Assembly (NCBI RefSeq): GCF_009914755.1
Contig: NC_060934.1
DNA length: 64,000 nucleotides
DNA from: the human T2T-CHM13v2.0 reference genome, Homo sapiens
Strand: one strand, 5' to 3'
The translations under genes and the position numbers were made by a program. The stretch's first letter is position 1. Every line of letters starts with the position of its first letter. This document shows, piece by piece, positions 39,367-52,200 of this stretch. Below the pieces are notes generated by a model. That model did not search any database. It was not told the origin of the DNA and saw nothing but the letters and a program-made list of their open reading frames with translations.

Positions 39367-41063
39367 TTCGTTGGAAGCGGGATTTCTCATTTACTGCTAG
39401 ACAGAAGAATTCTCAGTAAATCCTTTGTGTTGTGTGTATTCAACTCACAGAGTGGAACCTTCCTTTATTCAGAGCAGTTTTGAAAAACACTTTTTGTGGA
39501 ATTTGCAAGTGGAGATTTCAAGCGATTTGACGCCAATCTTAGACATGGAAATATCTTCATATTAAAAGTACACAGAGTCATTCGTAGAAACTAGTTTGTG
39601 ATGTGTGCCTTCAACTCACAGAGTTTAACCTTTCTTTTCATAGAGCAGTTTGGAAACACTCTGTTTGTAAAGTCTGCAAGTGGATATTTGGACCTCTTTG
39701 AGGCCTTCGTTGGAAACGGGATTTCTTCATACAACACTAGACAGAAGAATTCTCAGTAACTTCTTTGTGTTGTGTGTATTCAACTCACAGAGTTGAACCT
39801 TTCTTTAGAGAGAGCAGAGTTGAAACACTCTGTTTTTGGAATTTGCAAGTGTAGATTTCAAGCGATTCTAGGCCTATGGCAGAAAAGGAAATATCTTCGT
39901 ATAAAAACTACACAGAATCATTCTCAACAACTACTTTGTGATGTGTGCGTTCAACTCACAAAGTTTAACCTTTCTTTTCATAGAGAAGTTTGGAAACACT
40001 CTGTTTGTAAAGCCTGCAAGTGCTTTTTTGGACTTCATTGAGGCCTTCGTTGGAAAAGGGATTTCTTCGTATAACGCTAGACAGAAGAATTCTCAGTAAC
40101 TTCTTTGTGTTGTGTGTATTCAACTCACAGAGTTGAACCTTTCTTTAGAGAGAGCAGAGTTGGAACACTCTTTTTGTGGAATTTGCTAGTGCAGATTTCA
40201 AACGCTTCGAAGACAGTGATAGCAAAGGATATATCTTCGTATTAAAACTAGACAAAATCATTCTCAGAAAACACTTTGTGATATGTGTGTTCAACTCACA
40301 GAGTTTAACCTTTCTTTAATCGAGCAGTTTGGAAATACACTCTTTGTAAGTCTGCAGGTGGATAATTGGCCCTCTTTGAGCCCTTCATTGGAAACGGGAT
40401 TTCCTCATATAATGCTAGACAGAAGAATTCTCAGTAACTTCTTTGTGTTGTTTGTATTCAACACACAGATTTGAACCTTCCTTTAGAGAGAGCAGATTTG
40501 AAACACTCTGTTTTTGGAATTTGCAAGTACAGATTTCAAGCGCTTCTAGGCCTATGGCAGAAAAGGAAATATCTTCGTATAAAAACTGCACAGAATCATT
40601 CTCAACAACTACTTTGTGATGTGTGCGTTCAACTCACACAGTTTAACCTTTCTTTTCATAGAGCAGTTTGGAAACACTCTGTTTGTAAAGCCTGCAATTC
40701 CTTTTTTGGACTTCATTGAGGCCTTCGTTGGAAACGGGATTTCTTCATATAATGCTAGACAGAAGAATTCTCAGTCACTTCTTTGTGTTGTGTGTATTCA
40801 AGTCACAGAGTTGAACCTTCCTTTAGACCGAGCAGTTTTGAAAAATTCTTTCTGTGTAATTTGCAAGTGGAGATTTCAAGCGATTTGAGGCTAATCTTTG
40901 AAATGGAAATATCTTCGTGTAAAAACTACACAGAATCATTCTCAGAAACTGCTTTGTCATCTGTGCGTTCAGTTCACAGAGTTTCACCTTTCTCTTCATA
41001 GAGCAGTTTGGAAAGACTCTGTCTTTAAAGTCTGCAAGTGATTAGTTAGACCCCTTTGAGGCC
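39367..41063 (+). repeat. Alternative 10-mer A-C'-B-C-D, 1697 bp
   Basis: C' is followed directly by B (GGAAAAGGGATTTCTTCGTATAACG) at ~40046. Confidence 0.88.
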
Positions 41064-44000
41064 TTCGTTGGAAGCGGGATTTCTCATTTACTGCTAGACA
41101 GAAGAATTCTCAGTAAATCCTTTGTGTTGTGTGTATTCAACTCACAGAGTGGAACCTTCCTTTATTCAGAGCAGTTTTGAAAAACACTTTTTGTGGAATT
41201 TGCAAGTGGAGATTTCAAGCGATTTGACGCCAATCTTAGACATGGAAATATCTTCATATTAAAAGTACACAGAGTCATTCGTAGAAACTAGTTTGTGATG
41301 TGTGCCTTCAACTCACAGAGTTTAACCTTTCTTTTCATAGAGCAGTTTGGAAACACTCTATTTGTAAAGTCTGCAAGTGGATATTTGGACCTCTTTGAGG
41401 CCTTCGTTGGAAACGGGATTTCTTCATATAACGCTAGACAGAAGAATTCTCAGTAACTTCTTTGTGTTGTGTGTATTCAACTCACCGAGTTGAACCTTTC
41501 TTTAGAGAGAGCAGAGTTGAAACACTCTTCTTGTGGAATTTGCTAGTGCAGATTTCAAACGCTTCGAAGACAGTGATAGAAAAGGGTATATCTTCGTATT
41601 AAAACTAGACAAAATCATTCTCAGAAAACACTTTGTGATGTGTGTGTTCAACTCACAGAGTATAACCTTTCTTTAATTGAGCAGTTTGGAAATACACTCT
41701 TTGTAAGTCTGCAGGTGGATAATTGGCCCTCTTTGAGCCCTTCGTTGGAAACGGGATTTCCTCATATAATGCTAGACAGAAGAATTCTCAGTAACTTCTT
41801 TGTGTTGTTTGTATTCAACACACAGATTTGAACCTTCCTTTAGAGAGAGCAGATTTGAAACACTCTGTTTTTGGAATTTGCAAGTGCAGATTTCAAGCGC
41901 TTCTAGGCCTATGGCAGAAAAGGAAATATCTTCGTATAAAAACTGCACAGAATCATTCTCAACAACTACTTTGTGATGTGTGCGTTCAACTCACAAAGTT
42001 TAACCTTTCTTTTCATAGAGCAGTTTGGAAACACTCTGTTTGTAAAGCCTGCAATTCCTTTTTTGGACTTCATTGAGGCCTTCGTTGGAAACGGGATTTC
42101 TTCATATAATGCTAGACAGAAGAATTCTCAGTCACTTCTTTGTGTTGTGTGTATTCAAGTCACAGAGTTGAACCTTCCTTTAGACAGAGCAGTTTTGAAA
42201 AATTCTTTCTGTGGAGTTTGCAAGTGGAGATTTCAAGCGATTTGAGGCTAATCTTTGAAATGGAAATATCTTCGTGTAAAAACTACACAGAAGCATTCTC
42301 AGAAACTGCTTTGTCATCTGTGCGTTCAGTTCACAGAGTTTCACCTTTCTCTTCATAGAGCAGTTTGGAAAGACTCTGTCTGTAAAGTCTGCAAGTGATT
42401 AGTTAGACCCCTTTGAGGCCTTCGTTGGAAGCGGGATTTCTCATTTACTGCTAGACAGAAGAATTCTCAGTAAATCCTTTGTGTTGTGTGTATTCAACTC
42501 ACAGAGTGGAACCTTCCTTTATTCAGAGCAGTTTTGAAAAACACTTTTTGTGGAATTTGCAAGTGGAGATTTCAAGCGATTTGACGCCAATCTTAGACAT
42601 GGAAATATCTTCATATTAAAAGTACACAGAGTCATTCGTAGAAACTAGTTTGTGATGTGTGCCTTCAACTCACAGAGTTTAACCTTTCTTTTCATAGAGC
42701 AGTTTGGAAACACTCTATTTGTAAAGTCTGCAAGTGGATATTTGGACCTCTTTGAGGCCTTCGTTGGAAACGGGATTTCTTCATATAATGCTAGACAGAA
42801 GAATTCTCAGTAACTTCTTTGAGTTGTGTGTATTCAACTCACCGAGTTGAACCTTTCTTTAGAGAGAGCAGAGTTGAAACACTCTTCTTGTGGAATTTGC
42901 TAGTGCAGATTTCAAACGCTTCGAAGACAGTGATAGAAAAGGGTATATCTTCGTATTAAAACTAGACAAAATCATTCTCAGAAAACACTTTGTGATGTGT
43001 GTGTTCAACTCACAGAGTTTAACCTTTCTTTAATTGAGCAGTTTGGAAATACACTCTTTGTAAGTCTGCAGGTGGATAATTGGCCCTCTTTGAGCCCTTC
43101 GTTGGAAACGGGATTTCCTCATATAATGCTAGACAGAAGAATTCTCAGTAACTTCTTTGTGTTGTTTGTATTCAACTCACAGATTTGAACCTTCCTTTAG
43201 AGAGAGCAGATTTGAAACACTCTGTTTTTGGAATTTGCAAGTGCAGATTTCAAGCGCTTCTAGGCCTATGGCAGAAAAGGAAATATCTTCGTATAAAAAC
43301 TACACAGAATCATTCTCAACAACTACTTTGTGATGTGTGCGTTCAACTCACAGAGTTTAACCTTTCTTTTCATAGAGCAGTTTGGAAACACTCTGTTTGT
43401 AAAGCCTGCAAGTGCTTTTTTGGACTTTATTGAGGCCTTCGTTGGAAACGGGATTTCTTCATACAACGCTAGACAGAAGAATTCTCAGTTACTTCTTTGT
43501 GTTGTGTGTATTCAACTCACAGAGTTGAACCTTTCTTTAGAGAGAGCAGAGTTGAAACACTCTGTTTTTGGAAGTTGCAAATGCAGATTTCAAGCGATTC
43601 TAGGCCTATGGCAGAAAAGGAAATATCTTCGTATAAAAACTACACAGAATCATTCTCAACAACTACTTTGTGATGTGTGCGTTCAACTCACAGAGTTTAA
43701 ACTTTCTTTTCATAGAGCAGTTTGGAAACACTCTGTTTGTAAAGCCTGCAAGTGCTTTTTTGGACTTCATTGAGGCCTTCGTTGGAAACGGGATTTCTTC
43801 ATATAATGCTAGACAGAAGAATTCTCAGTCACTTCTTTGTGTTGTGTGTATTCAAGTCACAGAGTTGAACCTTCCTTTAGAAAGAGCAGTTTTGAAAAAT
43901 TCTTTCTGTGGAGTTTGCAAGTGGAGATTTCAAGCGATTTGAGGCTAATCTTTGAAATGGAAATATCTTCGTGTAAAAACTACACAGAATCATTCTCAGA

Positions 44001-47000
44001 AACTGCTTTGTCATCTGTGCGTTCAGTTCACAGAGTTTCACCTTTCTCTTCATAGAGCAGTTTGGAAAGACTCTGTCTGTAAAGTCTGCAAGTGATTAGT
44101 TAGACCCCTTTGAGGCCTTCGTTGGAAGCGGGATTCCTCATTTACTGCTAGACAGAAGAATTCTCAGTAAATCCTTTGTGTTGTGTGTATTCAACTCACA
44201 GAGTGGAACCTTCCTTTATTCAGAGCAGTTTTGAAAAACACTTTTTGTGGAATTTGCAAGTGGAGATTTCAAGCGATTTGACGCCAATCTTAGACATGGA
44301 AATATCTTCATATTAAAAGTACACAGAGTCATTCGTAGAAACTAGTTTGTGATGTGTGCCTTCAACTCACAGAGTTTAACCTTTCTTTTCATAGAGCAGT
44401 TTGGAAACACTCTATTTGTAAAGTCTGCAAGTGGATATTTGGACCTCTTTGAGGCCTTCGTTGGAAATGGGATTTCTTCATACAACACTAGACAGAAGAA
44501 TTCTCAGTAACTTCTTTGTGTTGTGTGTATTCAACTCACAGAGTTGAACCTTTCTTTAGAGAGAGCAGAGTTGAAACACTCTGTTTTTGGAATTTGCAAG
44601 TGCAGATTTCAAGCGATTCTAGGCCTATGGCAGGAAAGGAAATATCTTCGTATAAAAACTACACAGAATCATTCTCAACAACTACTTTGTGATGTGTGCG
44701 TTCAACTCACAAAGTTTAACCTTTCTTTACATAGAGCAGTTTGGAAACACGCTGTTTGTAAAGCCTGCAAGTGCTTTTTTGGACTTCATTGAGGCCTTCG
44801 TTGGAAACGGGATTTTTTCATATAATGCTAGACAGAAAAATTCTCAGTAAATCATTTGTGTTGCGTTTATTCAACTCACAGAGTGGAACCTTCCTTTATT
44901 CAGAGCAGTTTTGAAACACTCTTTTTGTGGAATTTGCAAGTGGAGATTTCAAGCGATTTGACGCCAATCTTAGACATGGAAATATCTTCATATTAAAAGT
45001 ACACAGAATCATTCGTAGAAACTAGTTTGTGATGTGTGCCTTCAACTCACAGAGTTTAACCTTTCTTTTCATAGAGCAGTTCGGAAACACTCTATTTGTA
45101 AAGTCTGCAAGTGGATATTTGGACCTCTTTGAGGCCATCGTTGGAAAAGGGATTTCTTCATATAACGCTAGACAGAAGAATTTTCAGTAACTTCTTTGTG
45201 TTGTGTGTATTCAACTCACAGAGTTCAACTTTTCTTTAGAGAGAGCAGAGTTGAAACACTCTTTTTGTGGAATTTGCTAGTGCAGATTTCAAACGCTTCG
45301 AAGACAGTGATAGCAAAGGATATACCTTCGTATTAAAACTAGACAAAATCATTCTCAGAAAACACTTTGTGATGTGTGTGTTCAACTCACAGAGTTTAAC
45401 CTTTCTTTAATCGAGCAGTTTGGAAATACACTCTTTGTAAGTCTGCAGGTGGATAATTGGCCCTCTTTGAGCCCTTCGTTGGAAACAGTATTTCCTCATA
45501 TAATGCTAGACAGAAGAATTCTCAGTAACTTCTTTGTGTTGTTTGTATTCAACTCACAGATTTGAACCTTCCTTTAGAGAGAATAGATTTGAAACACTCT
45601 GTTTTTGGAATTTGCAAGTGCAGATTTCAAGCGATTCTAGGCCTATGGCAGAAAAGGAAATATCTTCGTATAAAAACTACACAGAATCATTCTCAACAAC
45701 TACTTTGTGATGTGTGCGTTCAACTCACAGAGTTTAACCTTTCTTTTCATAGAGCAGTTTGGAAACACTCTGTTTGTAAAGCCTGCAAGTGCTTTTTTGG
45801 ACTTCATTGAGGCCTTCGTTGGAAACGGGATTTCTTCATATAATGCTAGACAGAAGAATTCTCAGTCACTTCTTTGTGTTGTGTGTATTCAAGTCACAGA
45901 GTTGAACCTTCTTTTAGACAGAGCAGTTTTGAAAAATTTTTTCTGTGGAATTTGCAAGTGGAGATTTCAAGCGATTTGAGGCTAATCTTTGAAATGGAAA
46001 TATCTTCGTGTAAAAACTGCACAGAAGCATTCTCAGAAACTGCTTTGTTATCTGTGCGTTCAGTTCACAGAGTTTCACCTTTCTCTTCATAGAGCAGTTT
46101 GGAAAGACTCTGTCTGTAAAGTCTGCAAGTGATTAGTTAGACCCCTTTGAGGCCTTCGTTGGAAGCGGGATTTCTCATTTATTGCTAGACAGAAGAATTC
46201 TCAGTAAATCCTTTGTGTTGCGTGTATTCAACTCACAGAGTGGAACCTTCCTTTATTCAGAGCAGTTTTGAAAAACACTTTTTGTGGAATTTGCAAGTGG
46301 AGATTTCAAGCGATTTGACGCCAATCTTAGACATGGAAATATCTTCATATTAAAAGTACACAGAGTCATTCGTAGAAACTAGTTTGTGATGTGTGCCTTC
46401 AACTCACAGAGTTTAACCTTTCTTTTCATAGAGCAGTTTGGAAACACTCTATTTGTAAAGTCTGCAAGTGGATATTTGGACCTCTTTGAGGCCTTCGTTG
46501 GAAACGGGATTTCTTCATACAACGCCAGACAGAAGAATTCTCAGTAACTTCTTTGTGTTGTGTGTATTCAACTCACAGAGTTGAACCTTCCTTTAGAGAG
46601 AGCAGAGCTGAAACACTCTGTTTTTGGAATTTGCAACTGCAGATTTCAAGCGATTCTAGGCCTATGGCAGAAAAGGAAATATCTTCGTAGAAAAACTACA
46701 CAGAATCATTCTCAACAACTACTTTGTGATGTGTGCGTTCAACTCACAGAGTTTAACCTTTCTTTTCATAGAGCAGTTTGGAAACACTCTGTTTGTAAAG
46801 CCTGCAAGTGCTTTTTTGGACTTCATTGAGGCCTTCGTTGGAAACGGGATTTCTTCATATAATGCTAGACAGAAGAATTCTCAGTCACTTCTTTGTGTTG
46901 TGTGTATTCAAGTCACAGAGTTGAACCTTCCTTTAGACAGAGCAGTTTTGAAAAATTCTTTCTGTGGAGTTTGCAAGTGGAGATTTCAAGCGATTTGAGG

Positions 47001-47173
47001 CTAATCTTTGAAATGGAAATATCTTCGTGTAAAAACTACACAGAATCATTCTCAGAAACTGCTTTGTCATCTGTGTGTTCAGTTCACAGAGTTTCACCTT
47101 TCTCTTCATAGAGCAGTTTGGAAAGACTCTGTCTGTAAAGTCTGCAATTGATTAGTTAGACCCCTTTGAGGCC

Positions 47174-49208
47174 TTCGTTGGAAGCGGGATTTCTCATTTA
47201 CTGCTAGACAGAAGAATTCTCAGTAAATCCTTTGTGTTGTGTGTATTCAACTCACAGAGTGGAACCTTCCTTTATTCAGAGCAGTTTTCAAACACTCTTT
47301 TTGTGGAATTTGCAAGTGGAGATTTCAAGCGATTTGACGCCAATCTTAGACATGGAAACATCTTCATATTAAAAGTACACAGAGTCATTCGTAGAAACTA
47401 GTTTGTGATGTGTGCCTTCAACTCACAGAGTTTAACCTTTCTTTTCATAGAGCAGTTGGGAAACACTCTATTTGTAAAGTCTGCAAGTGGATATTTGGAC
47501 CTCTTTGAGGCCTTCGTTGGAAACGGGATTTCTTCATATAACGCTAGACAGAAGAATTCTCAGTAACTTCTTTGTGTTGTGTGTATTCAACTCACAGAGT
47601 TGAACGTTTCTTTAGAGGGAGCAGAGGTGAAACAGTCTTTTTGTGGAATTTGCTAGTGTAGATTTCAAACGATTCGAAGTCAGTGATAGAAAAGGATATA
47701 TATTCGTATTAAAAGTAGACAAAATCATTCTCAGAAAACTCTTTGTGATGTGTGTGTTCAACTCAGAGAGTTTAACCTTTCTTTAATCGAGCAGTTTGGA
47801 AACACACTCTTTGTAAGTCTGCAGGTGGATATTTGGCCCTCTTTGAGCCCTTCTTTCGAAACGGGATTTCCTCTTATAATGCTAGACAGAAGAATTCTCA
47901 GTAACTTCTCTGTGTTGTTTGTATTCAACTCACAGGTTTGAACCTTCCTTTAGAGAGAGCAGATTTGAAACACTCTGTTTTTGGAATTTGCAAGTGCAGA
48001 TTTCAAGCACTTCTAGGCCTATGGCAGAAAAGGAAATATCTTCGTATAAAAACTACACAGAATCATTCTCAACAACTACTTTGTGATGTGTGCGTTCAAC
48101 TCACAGAGTTTAACCTTTCTTTTCATAGAGCAGTTTGGAAACACTCTGTTTGTAAAGCCTGCAAGTGCTTTTTTGGACTTCATTGAGGCCTTCGTTGGAA
48201 ACGGGATTTCTTCATACAACGCTAGACAGAAGAATTCTCAGTAACTTCTTTGTGTTGTGTGTATTCAACTCACAGAGTTGAACCTTTCTTTAGAGAGAGC
48301 AGAGTTGAAACACTCTGTTTTTGGAATTTGCTAGTGCAGATTTCAAACGCTTCGAAGACAGTGATAGCAAAGGATATATCTTCGTATTAAAACTAGACAA
48401 AATCATTCTCAGAAAACACTTTGTGATGTGTGTGTTCAACTCACAGAGTTTAACCTTTCTTTAATCGAGCAGTTTGGAAATACACTCTTTGTAAGTCTGC
48501 AGGTGGATAATTGGCCCTCTTTGAGCCCTTCGTTGGAAACGGGATTTCCTCATATAATGCTAGACAGAAGAATTCTCAGTAACTTCTTTGTGTTGTTTGT
48601 ATTCAACTCACAGATTTGAACCTTCCTTTAGAGAGGGCAGATTTGAAACACTCTGTTTTTGGAATTTGCAAGTGCAGATTTCAAGCGCTTCTAGGCCTAT
48701 GGCAGAAAAGGAAATATCTTCGTATAAAAACTACACAGAATCATTCTCAACAACTACTTTGTGATGTGTGCGTTCAACTCACAGAGTTTTACCTTTCTTT
48801 TCATAGAGCAGTTTGGAAACACTCTGTTTGTAAAGCCTGCAAGTGCTTTTTTGGACTTCATTGAGGCCTTCGTTGGAAACGGGATTTCTTCATATAATGC
48901 AAGACGGAAGAATTCTCAGTCACTTCTTTGTGTTGTGTGTATTCAAGTCACAGAGTTGAACCTTCCTTTAGACAGAGTAGTTTTGAAAAATTCTTTCTGT
49001 GGAGTTTGCAAGTGGAGATTTCAAGCGATTTGAGGCTAATCTTTGAAATGGAAATATCTTCGTGTAAAAACTACACAGAATCATTCTCAGAAACTGCTTT
49101 GTCATCTGTGCGTTCAGTTCACAGAATTTCACCTTTCTCTTCATAGAGCAGTTTGGAAAGACTCTGTCTTTAAAGTCTGCAAGTGATTAGTTAGACCCCT
49201 TTGAGGCC
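47174..49208 (+). repeat. 12-mer variant A-B-C-B'-C-D, 2035 bp
   Basis: The dimer at ~48191 starts as C' (TACAACG, CACTCTGTTTTTGG) and switches to B (GCTAGTGCAGATTTCAAACGCTTCGAAGAC). Confidence 0.88.
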
Positions 49209-52200
49209 TTCGTTGGAAGCGGGATTTCTCATTTACTGCTAGACAGAAGAATTCTCAGTAAATCCTTTGTGTTGTGTGTATTCAACTCACAGAGTGGAAC
49301 CTTCCTTTATTCAGAGCAGTTTTGAAAAACACTTTTTGTGGAATTTGCAAGTGGAGATTTCAAGCGATTTGACGCCAATCTTAGACATGGAAATATCTTC
49401 ATATTAAAAGTACACAGAGTCATTCGTAGAAACTGGTTTGTGATGTGTGCCTTCAACTCACAGAGTTTAACCTTTCTTTTCATAGAGCAGTTTGGAAACA
49501 CTCTATTTGTAAAGTCTGCAAGTGGATATTTGGACCTCTTTGAGGCCTTCGTTGGAAACGGGATTTCTTCATATAACGCTAGACAGAAGAATTCTCAGTA
49601 ACTTCATTGTGTTGTGTGTATTCAACTCACCGAGTTGAACCTTTCTTTAGAGAGAGCAGAGTTGAAACACTCTTCTTGTGGAATTTGCTAGTGCAGATTT
49701 CAAACGCTTCGAAGACAGTGATAGAAAAGGATATATCTTCGTATTAAAACTAGACAAAATCATTCTCAGAAAACACTTTGTGATGTGTGTGTTCAACTCA
49801 CAGAGTTTAACCTTTCTTTAATCGAGCAGTTTGGAAATACACTCTTTGTAAGTCTGCAGGTGGATAATTGGCCCTCTTTGAGCCCTTCGTTTGAAACGGG
49901 ATTTCCTCATATAATGCTAGACAGAAGAATTCTCAGTAACTTCTTTGTGTTGTTTGTATTCAACTCACAGATTTGAACCTTCCTTTAGAGAGAGCAGATT
50001 TGAAACACTCTGTTTTTGGAATTTGCAAGTGCAGATTTCAAGCGCTTCTAGGCCTATGGCAGAAAAGGAAATATCTTCGTATAAAAACTACACAGAATCA
50101 TTCTCCACAACTACTTTGTGATGTGTGCGTTCAACTCACAGAGTTTAACCTTTCTTTTCTTAGAGCAGTTTGGAAACACTCTGTTTGTAAAGCCTGCAAG
50201 TGCTTTTTTGGACTTCATTGAGGCCTTCGTTGGAAACGGGAGTTCTTCATATAATGCTAGACAGAAGAATTCTCAGTCAGTTCTTTGTGTTGTGTGTATT
50301 CAAGTCACAGAGGTGAACCTTCTTTTAGACAGAGCAGTTTTGAAAAACTCTTTCTGTGGAATTTGCAATTGGAGATTTTAAGCGATTTGAGGCTAATCTT
50401 TGAAATGGAAATATCTTCGTGTAAAAACTACACAGAATCATTCTCAGAAACTGCTTTGTTATCTGTGCGTTCAGTTCACAGAGATTCACCTTTCTCTTCA
50501 TAGAGCAGTTTGGAAAGACTCTGTCTGTAAAGTCTGCAAGTGATTAGTTAGACCCCTTTGAGGCCTTCGTTGGAAGCGGGATTTCTCATTTACTGCTAGA
50601 CAGAAGAATTCTCAGTAAATCCTTTGTGTTGTGTGTATTCAACTCACAGAGTGGAACCTTCCTTTATTCAGAGCAGTTTTGAAAAACACTTTTTGTGGAA
50701 TTTGCAAGTGGAGATTTCAAGGGATTTGACGCCAATCTTAGACATGGAAATATCTTCATATTAAAAGTACACAGAGTCATTCGTAGAAACTAGTTTGTGA
50801 TGTGTGCCTTCAACTCACAGAGTTTAACCTTTCTTTTCATAGAGCAGTTTGGAAACACTCTGTTTGTAAAGTCTGCAAGTGGATATTTGGACCTCTTTGA
50901 GGCCTTCGTTGGAAACGGGATTTCTTCATACAACGCTAGACAGAAGAATTCTCAGTAACTTCTTTGTGTTGTGTGTATTCAACTCACAGAGTTGAACCTT
51001 TCTTTAGAGAGAGCAGAATTGAAACACTCTGTTTTTGGAATTTGCAAGTGCAGATTTCAAGCGATTCTAGGCCTATGGCAGAAAAGGAAATATCTTCGTA
51101 TGAAAACTACACAGAATCATTCTCAACAAGTACTTTGTGATGTGTGCGTTCAACTCACAAAGTTTAACCTTTCTTTTCATAGAGAAGTTTGGAAACACTC
51201 TGTTTGTAAAGCCTGCAAGTGCTTTTTTGGACTTCATTGAGGCCTTCGTTGGAAACGGGATTTCTTCATATAATGCTAGACAGAAGAATTCTCAGTAAAT
51301 CCTTTGTGTTGTGTTTATTCAACTCACAGAGTGGAACCTTCCTTTATTCAGAGCAGTTTTGAAACACTCTTTTTGTGGAATTTGCAAGTGGAGATTTCAA
51401 GCGATTTGACGCCAATCTTAGACATGGAAATATCTTCATATTAAAAGTACACAGAATCATTCGTAGAAACTAGTTTGTGATGTGTGGCTTCAACTCACAG
51501 AGTTTAACCTTTCTTTTCATAGAGCATTTCGGAAACACTCTATTTGTAAAGTCTGCAAGTGGATATTTGGACCTCTTTGAGGCCTTCGTTGGAAAAGGGA
51601 TTTCTTCATATAACGCTAGACAGAAGAATTCTCAGTAACTTCTTTGTGTTGTGTGTATTCAACTCACAGAGTTGAACCTTTCTTTAGAGAGAGCAGAGTT
51701 GAAACACTCTTTTTGTGGAATTTGCTAGTGCAGATTTCAAACGCTTCGAAGACAGTGATAGCAAAGGATATATCTTCGTATTAAAACTAGCCAAAATCAT
51801 TCTCAGAAAACACTTTGTGATGTGTGTGTTCAACTCACAGAGTTTAACCTTTCTTTAATTGAGCAGTTTGGAAATACACTCTTTGTAAGTCTGCAGGTGG
51901 ATAATTGGCCCTCTTTGAGCCCTTCATTGGAAACGGGATTTCCTCATATAATGCTAGACAGAAGAATTCTCAGTAACTTCTTTGTGTTGTTTGTATTCAA
52001 CTCACAGATTTGAACCTTCCTTTAGAGAGAGCAGATTTGAAACACTCTGTTTTTGGAATTTGCAAGTGCAGATTTCAAGCGCTTCTAGGCCTATGGCAGA
52101 AAAGGAAATATCTTCGTATAAAAACTACACAGAATCATTCTCAACAACTACTTTGTGATGTGTGCGTTAAACTCACAGAGTTTAACCTTTCTTTTCATAG

